Of a stretch of 64,000 bases of DNA, positions 25,477 to 38,501 are shown in pieces. The notes under the pieces are model-generated. The model saw only the letters and a program-made list of their open reading frames with translations, had not been told where the DNA came from and did not search any database. Position 1 is the stretch's first letter. Every line of letters starts with the position of its first letter. The stretch comes from Amoebophrya sp. A120 (Eukaryota > Protista > Dinoflagellata), in NCBI GenBank assembly GCA_905178155.1, contig CAJINV010000001.1, forward strand, positions 4,816,747-4,880,746, read 5' to 3'. The translations under genes and the position numbers were made by a program.

Positions 25477-25805
25477 AGCTTTTTGTTTTGCAGCTTGAAC
25501 GAACTCGAGCCCAAACCTCCGCACGCCCCCCCCTAGTGCAGGATAAATGATGATGATGATGATGCTGAAGTACAACTTCCGGATGCGTTTAGTTTAGGTT
25601 TCAGGATTTAGGTGGATATGATCCACTTAAGTACAACTTACTCGAGTCTGGGACTTGGTCTTCTTAAACGTCGCAGTCCTTGTCAAATCTCTTTCTATCG
25701 GACCTGGAGAGCAGTACTTCTATGTGGGCAAGTTTGATGATGATGACGGCACCCTCCTCAACATGCACGTTCATGAACAAATACTTACTTAATTATCTCC
25801 TTCAG

Positions 25806-28800
25806 GTTGAGTCCGAAAGAAGCGCGCCGCCGCGGCGGGCCAGCGTAATAGTTCGCCATTTGTCCACGAAATTTGACGCAGAGGCCTTCGAAAAGGCCAT
25901 TGAAAAGTCGTTGCAGAAGCAAAGTCCGCAGCAGGCACCGGAAAGCCTAGCCTACTGCTGCACGCTGAAGGGGCCGAAAACAACTTCTAGGAAACAAGAA
26001 TCAGGGGGACAACACCTACATCAACAACGGGAGCAGCCTTTTTCCCCTCTCGCTTCTCCTGCCGGAGCTGCGGGACTTCCCGGCTCTTACCTGCAGCCGA
26101 GGTCGAGCGTGATTCTGCAGGTTTTGCACTTCAACCAGTGGAGCTACAAGACTTTTGGGTTTCTGCTGCAGAAACTGCACAGCTCCTTTTCCACCACCGG
26201 GTTTTTCAACACGATCTCCGGGTACCGGCAAGTGTTTTCGGACCACCAGGGGGACTTTATCACGAGCCTGGCGGACGCGGGCGTGAAGCGTTTAGCGGTG
26301 GAGGTGCGGGGGAACACGTACAAGCACGATTTTTCCGCGGAAACCACACTGGAGATGCTATCGTATTTAAAAACGTCCGCACCCCAGAGTTGTAAATGCA
26401 AATCGGCATGCTGAAAATGTTTCTCATACGGATCCCCATGAGAAGCATTTGCTATTCGCGTTTTGAAATTTGTCATGCTCCAATCAGCATGATATCCTAG
26501 ACTTGTGATGCTGCTGAACTACCGCAAACAGCACTACACTACGAGTCCGAATTTGTCATGCAAAACAGCCACAAGCTTAGCTTGTGGATTTGTCTAGCCG
26601 ATTCCCCATCTTGACTATGGTGTGGGGACGTTTTTACATAGGATAGATGCACGCGGGCCGGATGTACACGCCGCAAATGCAGAACGTGATCAACGATGCC
26701 GTTGCGATGGCCATCGGGGACCCCCTGTTTCAGGCCTCCGTCGCCGCGGACAAAAAGAATCCGCTGCTGCGCAAGGGGAGGAATGGCAGAGCAGCAGCTC
26801 CGCAGAGAACAATCGTCGAAGAGGATGAGGAGATGCAAGAACCAGGAGAAAACTACGCTGCGACCGGTAAAAATTCTACCGGTAATCTCGTCATTGACAA
26901 GGACTACAAGCGTCGGACCGGCAACATTCTCGTGGAGTTCGAAGATGTGGTTGATATGACGACACCAGCATACCACAAGTGCGAGGCGATGGAGAGAACT
27001 CACATGAGGTACAGCACCGCGGACAGCAGTGATTCGCCTTCTTCCCTCCCGTCCGCAGAAGGCGTGGAGTCGGACTACTTTCTGGCCTCCCCGGCGGCCT
27101 TCGGGAAGGGCAGCAACGTCGTTTGGACTGGTACTGGTACAACAGGTGTTGAGACGTCATCTGCAGGTCGTGGGGCAGACAAGCAAGAGGAAGCTGGCCA
27201 GAATGGAATTGGAGCCGCGAAAAGAACGGAAAGGAATGAAGCCACCCCTGATTCAGATTCATCTCGGCAGCCGAATCCTGCAAGTAGAACAAGCGAGGAA
27301 TCTTTTGATCATACAGGCGAACGTAGCAAGAAGAATCCAGCCATGAAGAAACTGATGGAGATTTTCGATCTCGGGGACCACGTCGACCACTTGTTAACCA
27401 AAGACGACATGGCCCAGCTGCGCGCCGACATTTTTGCCCGCGTCCTGGGCACCCTGGGGTTGCCGGAGTACTTGCAGCACTGGGGGAAGGAGCAGCAAAT
27501 GACGTTTCACGCGGTGTCGGGCCTGGAGCTCCCCAGCGACGTGCCGCAAGCCTTGTGGGTGCCGAACCTGAGTCCGGGGAACATGGCCACGCAGGTGTTT
27601 CGCCACCTGATTCAGGAAAAGATGCGCAACATATGACAGTGCACAACTCCCCCTCCCCCTCATTTGTGATGCAAAATACCCAATCCATTCTTTGCCTCTT
27701 GGCAATGTTTGCATGACAAGTTCTCGTAGCCCAAATAGCACTGCACTCCAGTGCAAATTTGTCATGCAAAACCGGCACTCTTTCTCTTGCTGATGCTTGT
27801 ATTGCCGTTCATGCTATACAAATGAGGGGGAGGGGGAGTTGTGCACTGTCATACAACATCGACGTGCAGGTGGCGGGGTTTCTGCGTCGCGTGTTTCTGC
27901 GGGACCCGGATGGGTTCATGCGAGAAACGCCCTTTCCGCGGCTCGTGGACAAGTGGCTGAGCATGGAAAAAGCGGCGATTATCCTGAGCAAAAACGTCCC
28001 CACACGACCAGAATCAAGATGGGAAATTTGCTATACAAATCAACCAGCTCTGGTTGTTTCGCATGACAAGTTTGTCCTCCTAATGTAATCCTGTTCAGCT
28101 AGTTCAGCAGCATCACAGATCTAGCGCATCGCGCTGATTGGAGCATGGCAAATTCCGAGACACGACGAGAAATCTCCTCTTATGGGGCTCCGCATGAGAA
28201 ATTATGAAGGGACAAAATACCCAAACCTCACTCATAAACCACCTTATTACTTTTTCAAAAAAAGCATTACCGAAACATTGCATTTTCAGAATTCAAACAT
28301 TGCACTTTTGCAAAAATGAAATGCTCTTTTGCATTTTTGGGTAGGACCGAAAAACTCACATCCGGGATCGAAAAAACCGAAGGTCGAACTGCAAAGCCTC
28401 GATCTCGAACTTCAAAGCCTCGATCTGCGAATTTCAAAAGCCGATCTGCGAATTTCTATTCCGATCTGCGAAGTTTCAACCTCCTTCGCAACCGTCCGCA
28501 GTTTCACTTTTTTACCGAAATAGCAAAATCGAAAACCTGTGGTCTAATAAAAAACCACAACTCTGCGCCCCTTCTCCCCAGTGACAGACTTTCCCGCCTG
28601 CGCGCAGCGCGCGCGGGTATTCTCTCGAAGCCCAGCGGACAAAATCCTCCATGCGGGAGATAAAATCCGCCATCCCGGAGAAAAAACATCGCCGGCTAGG
28701 AGAAAAAATCGGCTGGCTCAGGACGCCAAAAATCTGGCAACGGCGGATAAAATCTGAAAGCCTGTCATTTTGGGCCAAAACTCCCAAAATATCCGGAAAT

Positions 28801-31800
28801 TGTGGCCCGAATTCCGGATTTTTTGGCGAAAAGTGGCGAAAGTGACGGGTTTGCTGACTTTGTCCGGCAGTCGCCGATTTTCTGGGCCCCCAAGGAGGCA
28901 GATTTTTTCTCCGAGACAGCGGATTTTTTCTCCGGGATGGCGGATTTTATCTCCCGCATGGAGGATTTTGTCCGCTGGGCTTCGAGAGAATACCCGCGCG
29001 CGCTGCGCGCAGGCGGGAAAGTCTGTCACTGGGGTGAAGGGGCGCAGAGTTGTGGTTTTTTATTAGATCACAGGTTTTCGATTTTGCTATTTCGGTAAAA
29101 AAGTGAAACTGCGGACGGTTGCGAAGGAGGTTGAAACTTCGCAGATCGGAATAGAAATTCGCAGATCGGCTTTTGAAATTCGCAGGTCGAGGCTTTGAAG
29201 TTCGAGATCGAGGCTTTGCAGTTCGACCTTCGGTTTTTTCGATCCCGGATGTGAGTTTTTCGGTCCTACCCAAAAATGCAAAAGAACATTGCATTTTTGC
29301 AAAAATGCAATGTTTGAATTCTGAAAATGCAATGTTTCGGTAATGCTTTTTTTGAAAAAGTAATAAGGTGGTTTATGAGTGAGGTTTGGGTATTTTGTCC
29401 CTTCATATGAGAAATATTTTCAGCATGCAGATTTGCATCGCACCTATGGGGTGGGAACGGAACGTTTTTACATAGGATACCGATGGGCGGGGCGTATCTG
29501 AGCGGATCGGGCTGCAAACTGTTTTTCCACGCCTCCTTGGAGATGGCCAAGGCCTTCCATTTGGGGTCCCCGCAGCAAAAGGCCTACTTCTTTCTCGAAG
29601 GCGGGTTCAGACCGAACATGCTCGTCCAGCAAGAGGTGGGGGCTGCTGCGCCGTCGGTGCGGGTTCCGCTGCTCCTGCGGTTGGGAGTGGAGAGCGACGG
29701 AACGGCGGAGCGTGTCGTCGTCCAGGCACAGCTGGCTCCGCCGGATGTGGACGTGAGTTCGTGGGAGGACAGCGCAAAAGCAGGCGGTCTTGCAAATGAC
29801 CCAGGAGCGCTGGTAACAGGTGAGCAGCCGGAAGTAGCACCAGGAGCATCTGCATCAGGCGGAAAGAAGAAGAAAGGCAAGCAAGCAAAAGCGAATAGTA
29901 AAGCGGGCACATCCGCAGCGGGTGCTGCGGGTGGGGCAGAGACAGCGATGTCAACATCCGCATCCTCGTGTATAGACATGAAAGCAGTACCAGTGGGAAA
30001 TGATGCAAATAATCCTGCAGGTTCAGTTGGTCACCACATCGAGAGATGGTTCAAAACCAATGGCATCGCCCAAGACGGCAGTGTCGGGCTAGATCCACAG
30101 GTTTGTGTTGCAAAGGGCGTCGATAGACTGGCGTCGGCGACAGGAGATGCACAACCAGCTTTCGTCGGATCACAACTTCCACGGTCCCCCGAAGAGAACC
30201 GGGATGGAGAAGACGTATCACAGAATACATATCTCTGCACTCTTGTGGTGACTTCGCCTCGTCTGTCAGGCACGAAAGAGATGGGCGCAAAACCACCAGC
30301 GGAACAAGCTGAGTCTTTCCGCGCCCCATACGCAGATCGACGTTTGCGCGTCGCGAATCTTCTAGGCGCGGGCCGCTCAGATTTGCTGTACACGTTCTTG
30401 GGTGCGAGTAGCTTTCCGACATTGTTCCAAGCTCCAGCTCTTCCAGCAGGGACGCCGAAATCAGTTACACTTCCATCTAGCACGGCTGCAGGTGCCGCTG
30501 TTCCTGGTAAGAAAAACAATCCCCGGTCTGCTGCCTTTTTCGCGCCCTCTTCTTCTTCGAAGACACCAGTTGACCTGATCCCGTGGGAGGACTACCCGAA
30601 GCTGCAGGAAATTTTCTCCTTGGAGTCTGCACTGAAGGAAGAGGTGCGCTCGGCGCTCTTAGAATTCGCGTCCCAGTGGACCCTGGAGAAGGAAGAATTC
30701 GATGACGACCTGACGACGGACCCTATCAAGCAGAATGTCATGAGGAACAGTACTCAGTGGTACGCCGGGCTTTCCAAGAAGTTTGGCGTTTCACGTGCAG
30801 GCACAGAAAGTGGCGGGGGTGGAGAGGATGATCCTACTACTTCACCGACCTGTGCTGCTCCTGGAGGTCGTGGTGCTTCTTCTACAACTACAGAACAAGC
30901 GAAGAAGATGTCCTCCAAGAAGAAGTCGTCTCCTGGCGGAAATATTTCTCCCAGCACTTTGTACCAAGCAACCACTCCGGACGTGAGCACCGTTCCACAC
31001 TGGCTTTCCGGAAAACCGGTGTACAGCGGCGAACTCCCGGACTTCGACCCCAGCAGCGTCTTGCTCTACGTTCTCCCGGAAGACGCTGCCATGGTCGTCG
31101 ACGAGGCCAATCGCCTGCGGAAACTCGCAAATCCCGGAGGTAGAAAAAAGAATCGGATTTTTGCAATTCTTTTTCTTGAACTCAAGAGGATCAACAGGTG
31201 TTTTACTTTTAGGATTTTGGGTTTGTCGTCCCCACCTCGATTCAAAAGCATACCCAGTCATGTGTTGCAAAGTACGTCGCGCTTCTAGCAATTAATAGAC
31301 TTTATGGAATATGAGAGACTGGGGGCGCTGGCTTTGATTTCGTGTTGACTTATTTAACGGCGTCAGTCCTGCTACTGCTTCATGTATAATCTCCAACCAG
31401 GCACAATACCGAACCCCCGCGTTTCTTACGTCGCGTGTGATTGGCAACCGGAAGAGTTGGGTGAAAGTTGGCGAGACAATTTCGGTGGTGATTCGCGGAA
31501 TAACTGGCACATCTTGAATCCCTTTCCCCACTGTGGAGCGCACGAAACCCAATCCAACTTGGTCATCGAGGAAAATCCGACCTTTGCCGGGAAGCAGATG
31601 TTGCGCACGTTTGCGTTGTTTCCGAGTCTGGCGAATTTAGTGGCCATGAAACTGGACTTGTTCGCGAAGTATATCGCTGTCGTAGAGGAATTGCGCCACT
31701 GGATGTTTCAGAAGACACTGCAGTTGATGAAACAACACGTGAAATTTCCCAATTTTCTGTGGGACTTCGAGGAGGACGAAGATGCAGACTTTCGCGAAGA

Positions 31801-34800
31801 TAGTGCTAGCACCGCATCTTCCCAAGAGCTAGCGTTGCTTGTGACGCGACTGTACGAAATCGAGCAGCAAAATCTGTCGCCTTGCAGCAAGGCCAGAATG
31901 CAGGCTGCGCAGGGCATGACCTTGTTGGAGCGGCAAGCTTCCGCGGAGGACAATATTAAATGCGCTACGACAAAAACGGGCACAGGAGAAGGAGCTGACG
32001 CGGTACCAGAAGAGAAAAAGCAGCAGACAGATGACGAAGAGGAGCCACCTTCGCAGCCAATCATGGACAAGAACGGCATCCGGGCGCACGCAATGATAAA
32101 TTTTATCCGTACCAGCAGTGCCAGCATCAACTCCTTTAGCGACCTCCACAGTCTGCTAAACGCAAAGAAGGTCAGAGTCCCCGGGATGAGCAGAAGCACC
32201 ACACCGACCGCTTCGTCAGGTAGTCCCCCACAGAAGGAAGCCGCAACAGGCTTGCTGGCCGGATCCCTGTCGCGTGCGTCTGCCATTGGATCTGGAAATA
32301 GGACATCAGGAACAAGCGGACCGGCTTTTGGCTATGCGCAGCTACACGGAGCAGGAGGCGTGTCCTCGAGTGGACCATCGATCAATGTTGCATCAAGCGA
32401 CGGTCTGAACAAATGTCCCGCCAACATGCGGGACGCAGAGGCGGTGGAAACGCTGGTCAGCTTCTTCTTTGAGACCGAGATCGCCATGAAAAATCGCGTC
32501 CTCGAGATCGAAGACGGCGAGACGCACGCGAAGCGCGTCGTTTCGGAGGACCGAGTGCAAAACATCCTTGCGTGGGCAGCGATTCCCGGGTTCGAGACGC
32601 TGGCGGCGCGGTGGGTCGGCCCGGGGCAGTTTGCGAAACCGGCGCAAGCGCAACACGACCGGGAGGCGCTTCATCTCCGCCGGCTGGCTACGCATTTGGA
32701 AATCCGGAGGGAGTACGTCCGTAAGTTGGTCGAGTCCGCCGCCGCGGAGGCCAATTTCTTCGAAAATCGCCCCGATTTGGTGTACAGCGCGCAGCAGGCC
32801 CGGGCCGGTAATACTATGTCCGCTTCTTTGGGCAGGCAAACTACATCGCATTTTGATTTCTCCGGGCGCCAGCTCCTGTCCGGCGGCGGCTCGTTCCCGT
32901 CGGACGCCGACGGGTTGCCCGGACAGCCAAAATTCGCGCGGGAGCTGACCACGCTGTCGCGCGTGCACGTCAATGCGGTCTCCTTCTTGTTCGGCTCCGC
33001 AGTGACCAACCACCAGGAGGAAGTGCTGGCTTGGTACGAGTTGGATCAGATCTGCAGCTTGAATAGGAGAGCGCTGCTGACGAGCGGGACGACGAGCAAG
33101 GAACACCAGTTGCGTGAGGCGGTAATACAAAACCGGAACACGAACAAGCAACTCGCCAAGTTTGTCGTCGGCACTCCGCAACGCCCGCGGGACTTTTCGC
33201 ATATAACGACGTCTTTGTTTTTGAAATCCCTACGGAAACGCAACTTCTTCCATCACCGCGTTGAGCTGTGCAAGTACGTGACAAATGCGCAGAGCCCGAA
33301 GCGGCAGCAGCAGCTGGAGGCGGAGCAGGCAGAGATCGTTGGAAAGCTCCTGCAGGAGCAACCTAGTAGTAGGTGCAGCTCTAAGAGCTCTGCGTATAAT
33401 TCTGAAGACGATGCGTCAACGACACTGTTGGCGAACAGTTTACGGCTGATCAACTTGCAATGGGAGCGGAAGGCGGGGAACGCGTTTGGCAGGTTTTCCT
33501 TGCGCACCATGGGCGAGTTGCTGCAAACGATCGACGAGGTTGACAGCGGCACGACGACCGGACCAACAACTGTTCAAAATACTGGAGGCCCCGCGGCCGT
33601 TTCTACTTTGTCATCTGCACTACCCCCGGGCTCCTCGTGCACTGCTAATCCTGACTACAGTACTATGAATCCGGTTTTGAAGATGAATCCAAACGCGAGA
33701 CAGGAGGTACAGCAGGATTTGCGGGAAGCTTTGCTGGATTTCCTGCAAAACTTCGGGTTGGTAGCGGAGCTGGTGCACAGTCGGGAGCGTTACCTGCAAA
33801 CTGATTTCATTCAACTCGCGAAAGCCGGTGTGTGGTGGCTGTGGCTAGCCCAAAAAACAGACGAGGCTGGCGTGCGGCCGCTCAGCCCCCGCGCACTGCT
33901 GGAGCCCATTCTTGGGTCCGGGCTGCACCAGTTCCGGGACGAGCAGCACGTTAGGAGCGCGAGTGCATCAACAGCCTCGACAAGCGAGGGCCGTTGTTCT
34001 CGGGGACCGTCCGCAAACGAAAAGACCCGAGTACAAGCTGCCCATAAAGTCGCTCATTCCAGGAAATCTTCTTCGAAGCGCCAGGATCCCACTGGCCGTG
34101 GCGAAGGTGCTACTACCTACGGCATGGAAGTGGACCAGGAACTACACGAGGGGGGTAGCAGTAGCAATAGCATGGTAAATAGCGACGATATGGACGTGGA
34201 TGAGGAGCAGACGAATGCGCCCCCGGGAGATCTGGACGATGTTATCGACGATGATGTTGAAGCCGGGACGGCTGGCACAGACGTGGAATCCACACAGGCC
34301 GGATCGACTCCTCCGGTTACGCCGCGCGGCAGTGCCGCAGTGCCTCTCCAAGAGGATCATGCGCTTGGGGGTGAGGACGGCGAAATGGTAGACGAGCACC
34401 AGGCCTCGAGCCTGCCTAGTTCAAAACCTGGCGACATCGTGGAGCAGGACTGTCAAGGGCTCCATCGGCAGGTTAGTTCTTCCTCTGCAGCGTCCGTCGG
34501 CACGTGCGACGAGCTGGTCGAGCAGCTTTTTGCGCCGGACCGAACGGACTGCAGGATCATTGACGGCTTGCACGAGAATGACCTGGACTTCAGTGAGGAG
34601 TTCCTCGCAAAAGATGAGTCCCAGGAGCTTCACGCGGCTAGCGAGACTGCGCGAGAATATAATCGTCTTCAAGGGGAGCAAGGAAATGGCGGTGCTGCTA
34701 CTACGAACGGAACTACGAGCGCCCCGCCGACGCTGCTCTTGTACCGGCTCTCCCCTATGATGTCCTCAGCTGGGTCATCCGGGTCTCTGGCATCATCAAC

Positions 34801-37225
34801 ATCCTCTGGACAAGGAGGCGGTGCGGCCGAACAGGGTGCTCGAAGCGATACTGCAAATGATATGGAAGTGGATCTAGGTGCACTAGATCATCACGAAGTA
34901 GAGGGTGGCCAGCATGTGCAGAACAGCCACGGAACGCCGGCAACAGGTAGCGTTGAAATAAAAGAGCCTGTGAAGACGGGCACCGCCAGTGCTCTACCTG
35001 TCGCGATCGAACCTACTGGTTCTCTAAACACAGCAGATGCACAACACCTGCCACTGAAAGTCCAGCTCGATCCGAACCATCTAGAAGGGCTGTGTATCGT
35101 TCGCGTGAATCCGGAAGTACAAGAGGATCTTCATGGAGAGAAAACCGATAGTCACGTTGGCGACGCCATCGTGATTCGACACGAGCTCTTCCCGCGCCCG
35201 TACACGGAAGTGCGGTTTCTGCAGACCGGCATCCAGACGCAAATCGACCCCAGAAGAATCACGGTCGTTGCAAACGGGGAGCTGTTTTTTCCTTTGGTAG
35301 AAGTGGAAAGAGACGTGGGATTCGACCAGACAGTGCGGTATCAGGCCTACTTGCTAAAACCAGTCGTGGTGAGCAACCTGACTCAGAACACAGAGGAGGT
35401 CCAGCACAACTCTAAGTCGTCTCCCACAGGACGATCTTCGACGTCCAAGAAGTTTTTGTCCAAAAAATCCGGGAGGTCTGAGAAAGAAGACCTCGGCACA
35501 GCACGCGCCGAGGGTATGCGTTTCAGATTTCTCGTGGCGGACAGCCACTTCACCACCAGTTTCTCTGAAGTCGACGCTCTGGACATCACCGTCTTGAAAG
35601 TGCCCATGGCAGTCGCCGGAAGTTCCTCGCCATCTCAAGCGAACAGAAATATAGCCACGACCACCGCGCAGGAGCTACAGCCGACTACAGGCGAAATAAA
35701 CACCGCCGCCACCACGGCACCGACCTCGTTGGCAAACTTTTTGATGCAACACCTACCGAAATTCGCCGTGAGCACCGAGTTCCGGGTCGTGCGGGTCCAT
35801 CGATTTTTTTCTGCGGAGCAACGGCAACCTATTGACGTCGAGGAACTCGTTGACGACACGATCAAATTCAGCAGCGCCTCGGTGGACGAATCCGGGAATA
35901 AAGAGTCCTGTAACGCGTGGATCAGCTCCCTGCAACTGTCCACGAACGCGGTGGCAAAGTGGTTTTTTCCGTTTTTCGACTTGGAGACGGTGAAGCTCCA
36001 CTACAAAACCGCGGGTATGGGGGCCAAGGGACCGACCGTGCGGGTGAAGTGCGCCACGGACGAGGAAAAGCACGCCGTGATGCGCATGAAGGCGGAATAC
36101 GAGGAGACGGAGCGAGTCGCGGCACAAATAGCAGAAAACCGGATCCATGAGCTCGCCGAGAACGTTTTGCAAGCGCTGCGCAGCATCGGGGTGCACCCGT
36201 TTTTGCAGCTTCCGCCGGAACTGGTCACCAGGCTGTACTACGGCGGTGATAGTACGACTACGATTTCAACTGCACAAGCAAGGCGTGCAATTCATCCGGA
36301 ACAATCAAAAGCGTTACCGCAGCAAGGCGCAATACGTCCGAGCGGGCCGACGCCGAGTGCAACTTCTATTCCTCGCAACCACGGTAATACAACTGGCGGA
36401 ATCAAAGGAAATAACGCTGGTGGTGCTTCATCTCCCAAGAACGGTACACGAAATGTTGATCCAAAAGCCTCCGAGCACCAGGTGTTCGGGATGGTGGGCC
36501 GCAAGAACGTAACGGGGGGGAGGGCAGCCCCAGCGCCAGAGGAGGACCCAGCGGAGCAAGACCTTGACGCCGTATCCAAACTTCTCTTCACCTTGGGTGG
36601 CCGCGCAACGAACGCGGCTTTAGTCAAGCGCCCCGATTTCTTGGCGAAGAGGCGAACCAGGCCCCACAATTCCCACGTCGGGCCGTTGTTTCTGCGTATG
36701 CTGCAGCTCGGGGACCTGGAGCGACAAGCGGCCGCAGGAACGGATGTCCGATTGCACCGCGATACCTACAGAAGTCAGCTGGGTACTGATAGATCACTTT
36801 CTGCTTGTCCTTGTTGTGTCAAGAAGAATGCTTTCGCTTTTATTAAAGGTAGCTCTACTTGTATTTCTCCTCGTCGTCGTCCTCGCGGCCTCTCCTAGTT
36901 TTTCATCGGGCCGTTCTGACGGAGAGTGAAAGAAACGCATTTATGAAGACCTGCTGAAAATCACACAACAGAGGATGTCTTCCGCGAGACAAAATACCCC
37001 CACATTCGCGACCGGATTCTACGGGAATTGGACTCGCACGAGCTCGGCGCGGACCCGGAGGCCGCCGCACCTGGCGCCGTTCAGATTGCGCACTGGGCGT
37101 TAAATTTTGCTATTAGCAACCTCTACCTCCTGGCCGCACAGGAAGAACACGAGTCCGCGCTCTTTCCGGTTGGTGTGTCCCATGCCATGGTCATCAACGG
37201 GGAGCCGGACGATTCCATGGGTTAG
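25806..37225 (+). CDS. Very large hypothetical protein, 3 introners plus conventional introns
   Basis: Frame continuous after removing IEs at 26359, 27632 and 27980 and GT-AG intron 31140-31400; a further probable GT-AG intron near 36774-36971; no domain recognised. Confidence 0.7.
26359..26645. mobile_element. Introner element, family E (287 bp), opposite orientation to copies at 27980 and 57469
   Basis: TIR tatcgtatttaaaaacgtcc / ggacgtttttacataggata; DR gatgc; removal gives LEMHAG. Confidence 0.95.
27632..27853. mobile_element. Introner element, family F (222 bp)
   Basis: 36-bp perfect TIR tatgacagtgcacaactccccctccccctcatttgt; DR caaca; removal gives MRNIDVQ. Confidence 0.95.
27980..29479. 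mobile_element. Introner element, family E, expanded to 1500 bp by a nested foldback element
   Basis: Family E TIRs; DR gcgat/ccgat; removal gives KAAMGG; length without insert and one TSD is 287 bp, equal to the copy at 26359. Confidence 0.93.
28203..29407. mobile_element. Non-autonomous foldback (long-TIR) DNA element, 1205-bp palindrome with 8-bp TSD
   Basis: 28203-~28686 is a near-perfect inverse of ~28923-29407; imperfect pairing continues to a short loop near 28801-28810; TSD tgagaaat at 28195-28202 and 29408-29415; internal 21-22 bp tandem subrepeats. Confidence 0.93.
31140..31400 (+). other. Conventional GT-AG intron
   Basis: ggag|gtagaa...ccaaccag|gcac joins two ORFs in phase and removes an in-frame stop. 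Confidence 0.7.
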
Positions 37226-38501
37226 AAAATTGCGCGTAATAGTAAGCAGAGAGACTGTAGTCATGACGAGATGTGATGGAATGGGAACCACATCATGCAA
37301 GTATCCACAAGTGTGAGGCGTAGTTCTGAGACACATACTTTCTCATGGTAGAAAGATATTTTTCCTGCTTGAGACCTTTTCCATTGATTCTGTTTGACAA
37401 AAGTGAGTCCAGATTTTTTCTCCTTTGCGATGTAGCGTGCGCGCCCATACGCATACGTAGTAGGAAGTTTTAGAGAATACAACAAAGATGACAATATGAT
37501 TGCGTACCACCTCCGCGAAGGGCAAGGGTGAAGATACATAGTGCCACCACGTCAAATTTTCCAATTGTCACTAATCTTTGACACAAGTTTGATGTCTCCT
37601 TATGGTGTGGCGTTGTATGCACTATTTTTTGAGGGAATACAGTAAATTCTACACGTTGCTTGCTTGCATTTTAGCACTTCGTACGTTCAATTTTGGAAAT
37701 GGTTAGATAAAAATGATGTAACTTTCTTGCTTTTCTTGGATCGAAGTAGCCAGGAAAGCTCTAAGCATCGGATTTTCAGCCAATGACAATGCTGAATTCC
37801 TCTTTCGTTTTTCTGTTGTGATCCCGGAAGATTCACATCTTGATTATTTCGACCTCGGATGGAAACACATTCAGTGAAAGGATGATTTGGTAGTAGTTTT
37901 GCATGGTAAAACAATGAATGAAAATAATTCTCAAGAGATGAACTTGTATGTAGGAAAATGCACTAGGGAATATAAATTGTCTTCCCGGAGAACACGACAA
38001 CGCCACGTCTAGAAAAAGCTAGCTTGCCAAACGGAAATACTGTACCTGCTGCGATTTGGTTCCGAGCAAAGCCATGATGTCGGCGATCGCCATGCGTCAT
38101 TCCCGGTCTTTTTCTTTTCGCCGGCTCGTTGCGAGAGGCGGTTCTCGAGAAGGGAACCAAGTAAGTATTTTTTTGCGTACTACTTGTTGGCCGCTTCGCT
38201 TTCGCATTCACATTTATTACGACGAGCAAAGGCGAACTTGTTTCACCGCGCTGACAAAAGTGCACGTCTGAGGGAAGCTTCAGAAGCGGAGAGGTCTGCA
38301 AATTTCAACGAGAGCTGCGCATAGCGAGAGTGTAGTCGCTTGAGCTCCCGCACTGGTACTCATGGGCGCCTAGGTAGTTGTAGTCCACCCTTGACAGCCT
38401 TAGACTATTCCGCAGCTTCCAGTCCAATGTGCGCGACACGGATTCAGGCGTCTGCGGGTAAGTGCATTTAGAACCTCTGAAGCACCAAAAGATCCTGCAT
38501 T

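Noticed and set aside
21521-25620. Telomere-like aaccctaaaccc (about 21522) and tttagg-like runs (about 25590-25612)
   Set aside because: Only one or two degenerate units; compatible with chance.
28316-29332. Mirror-image ORFs (115 aa on each strand) in the palindrome
   Set aside because: Consequence of the inverted repeat; no transposase motifs.
28203-29407. Palindrome as an assembly fold-back artefact
   Set aside because: It has an 8-bp TSD, arm mismatches and a diverged core, and removing it restores the exact host length.
36742-36979. 7-bp direct repeat ggatgtc bracketing an intron-like gap
   Set aside because: An in-frame GT-AG intron near 36774-36971 explains the gap; no TIRs.
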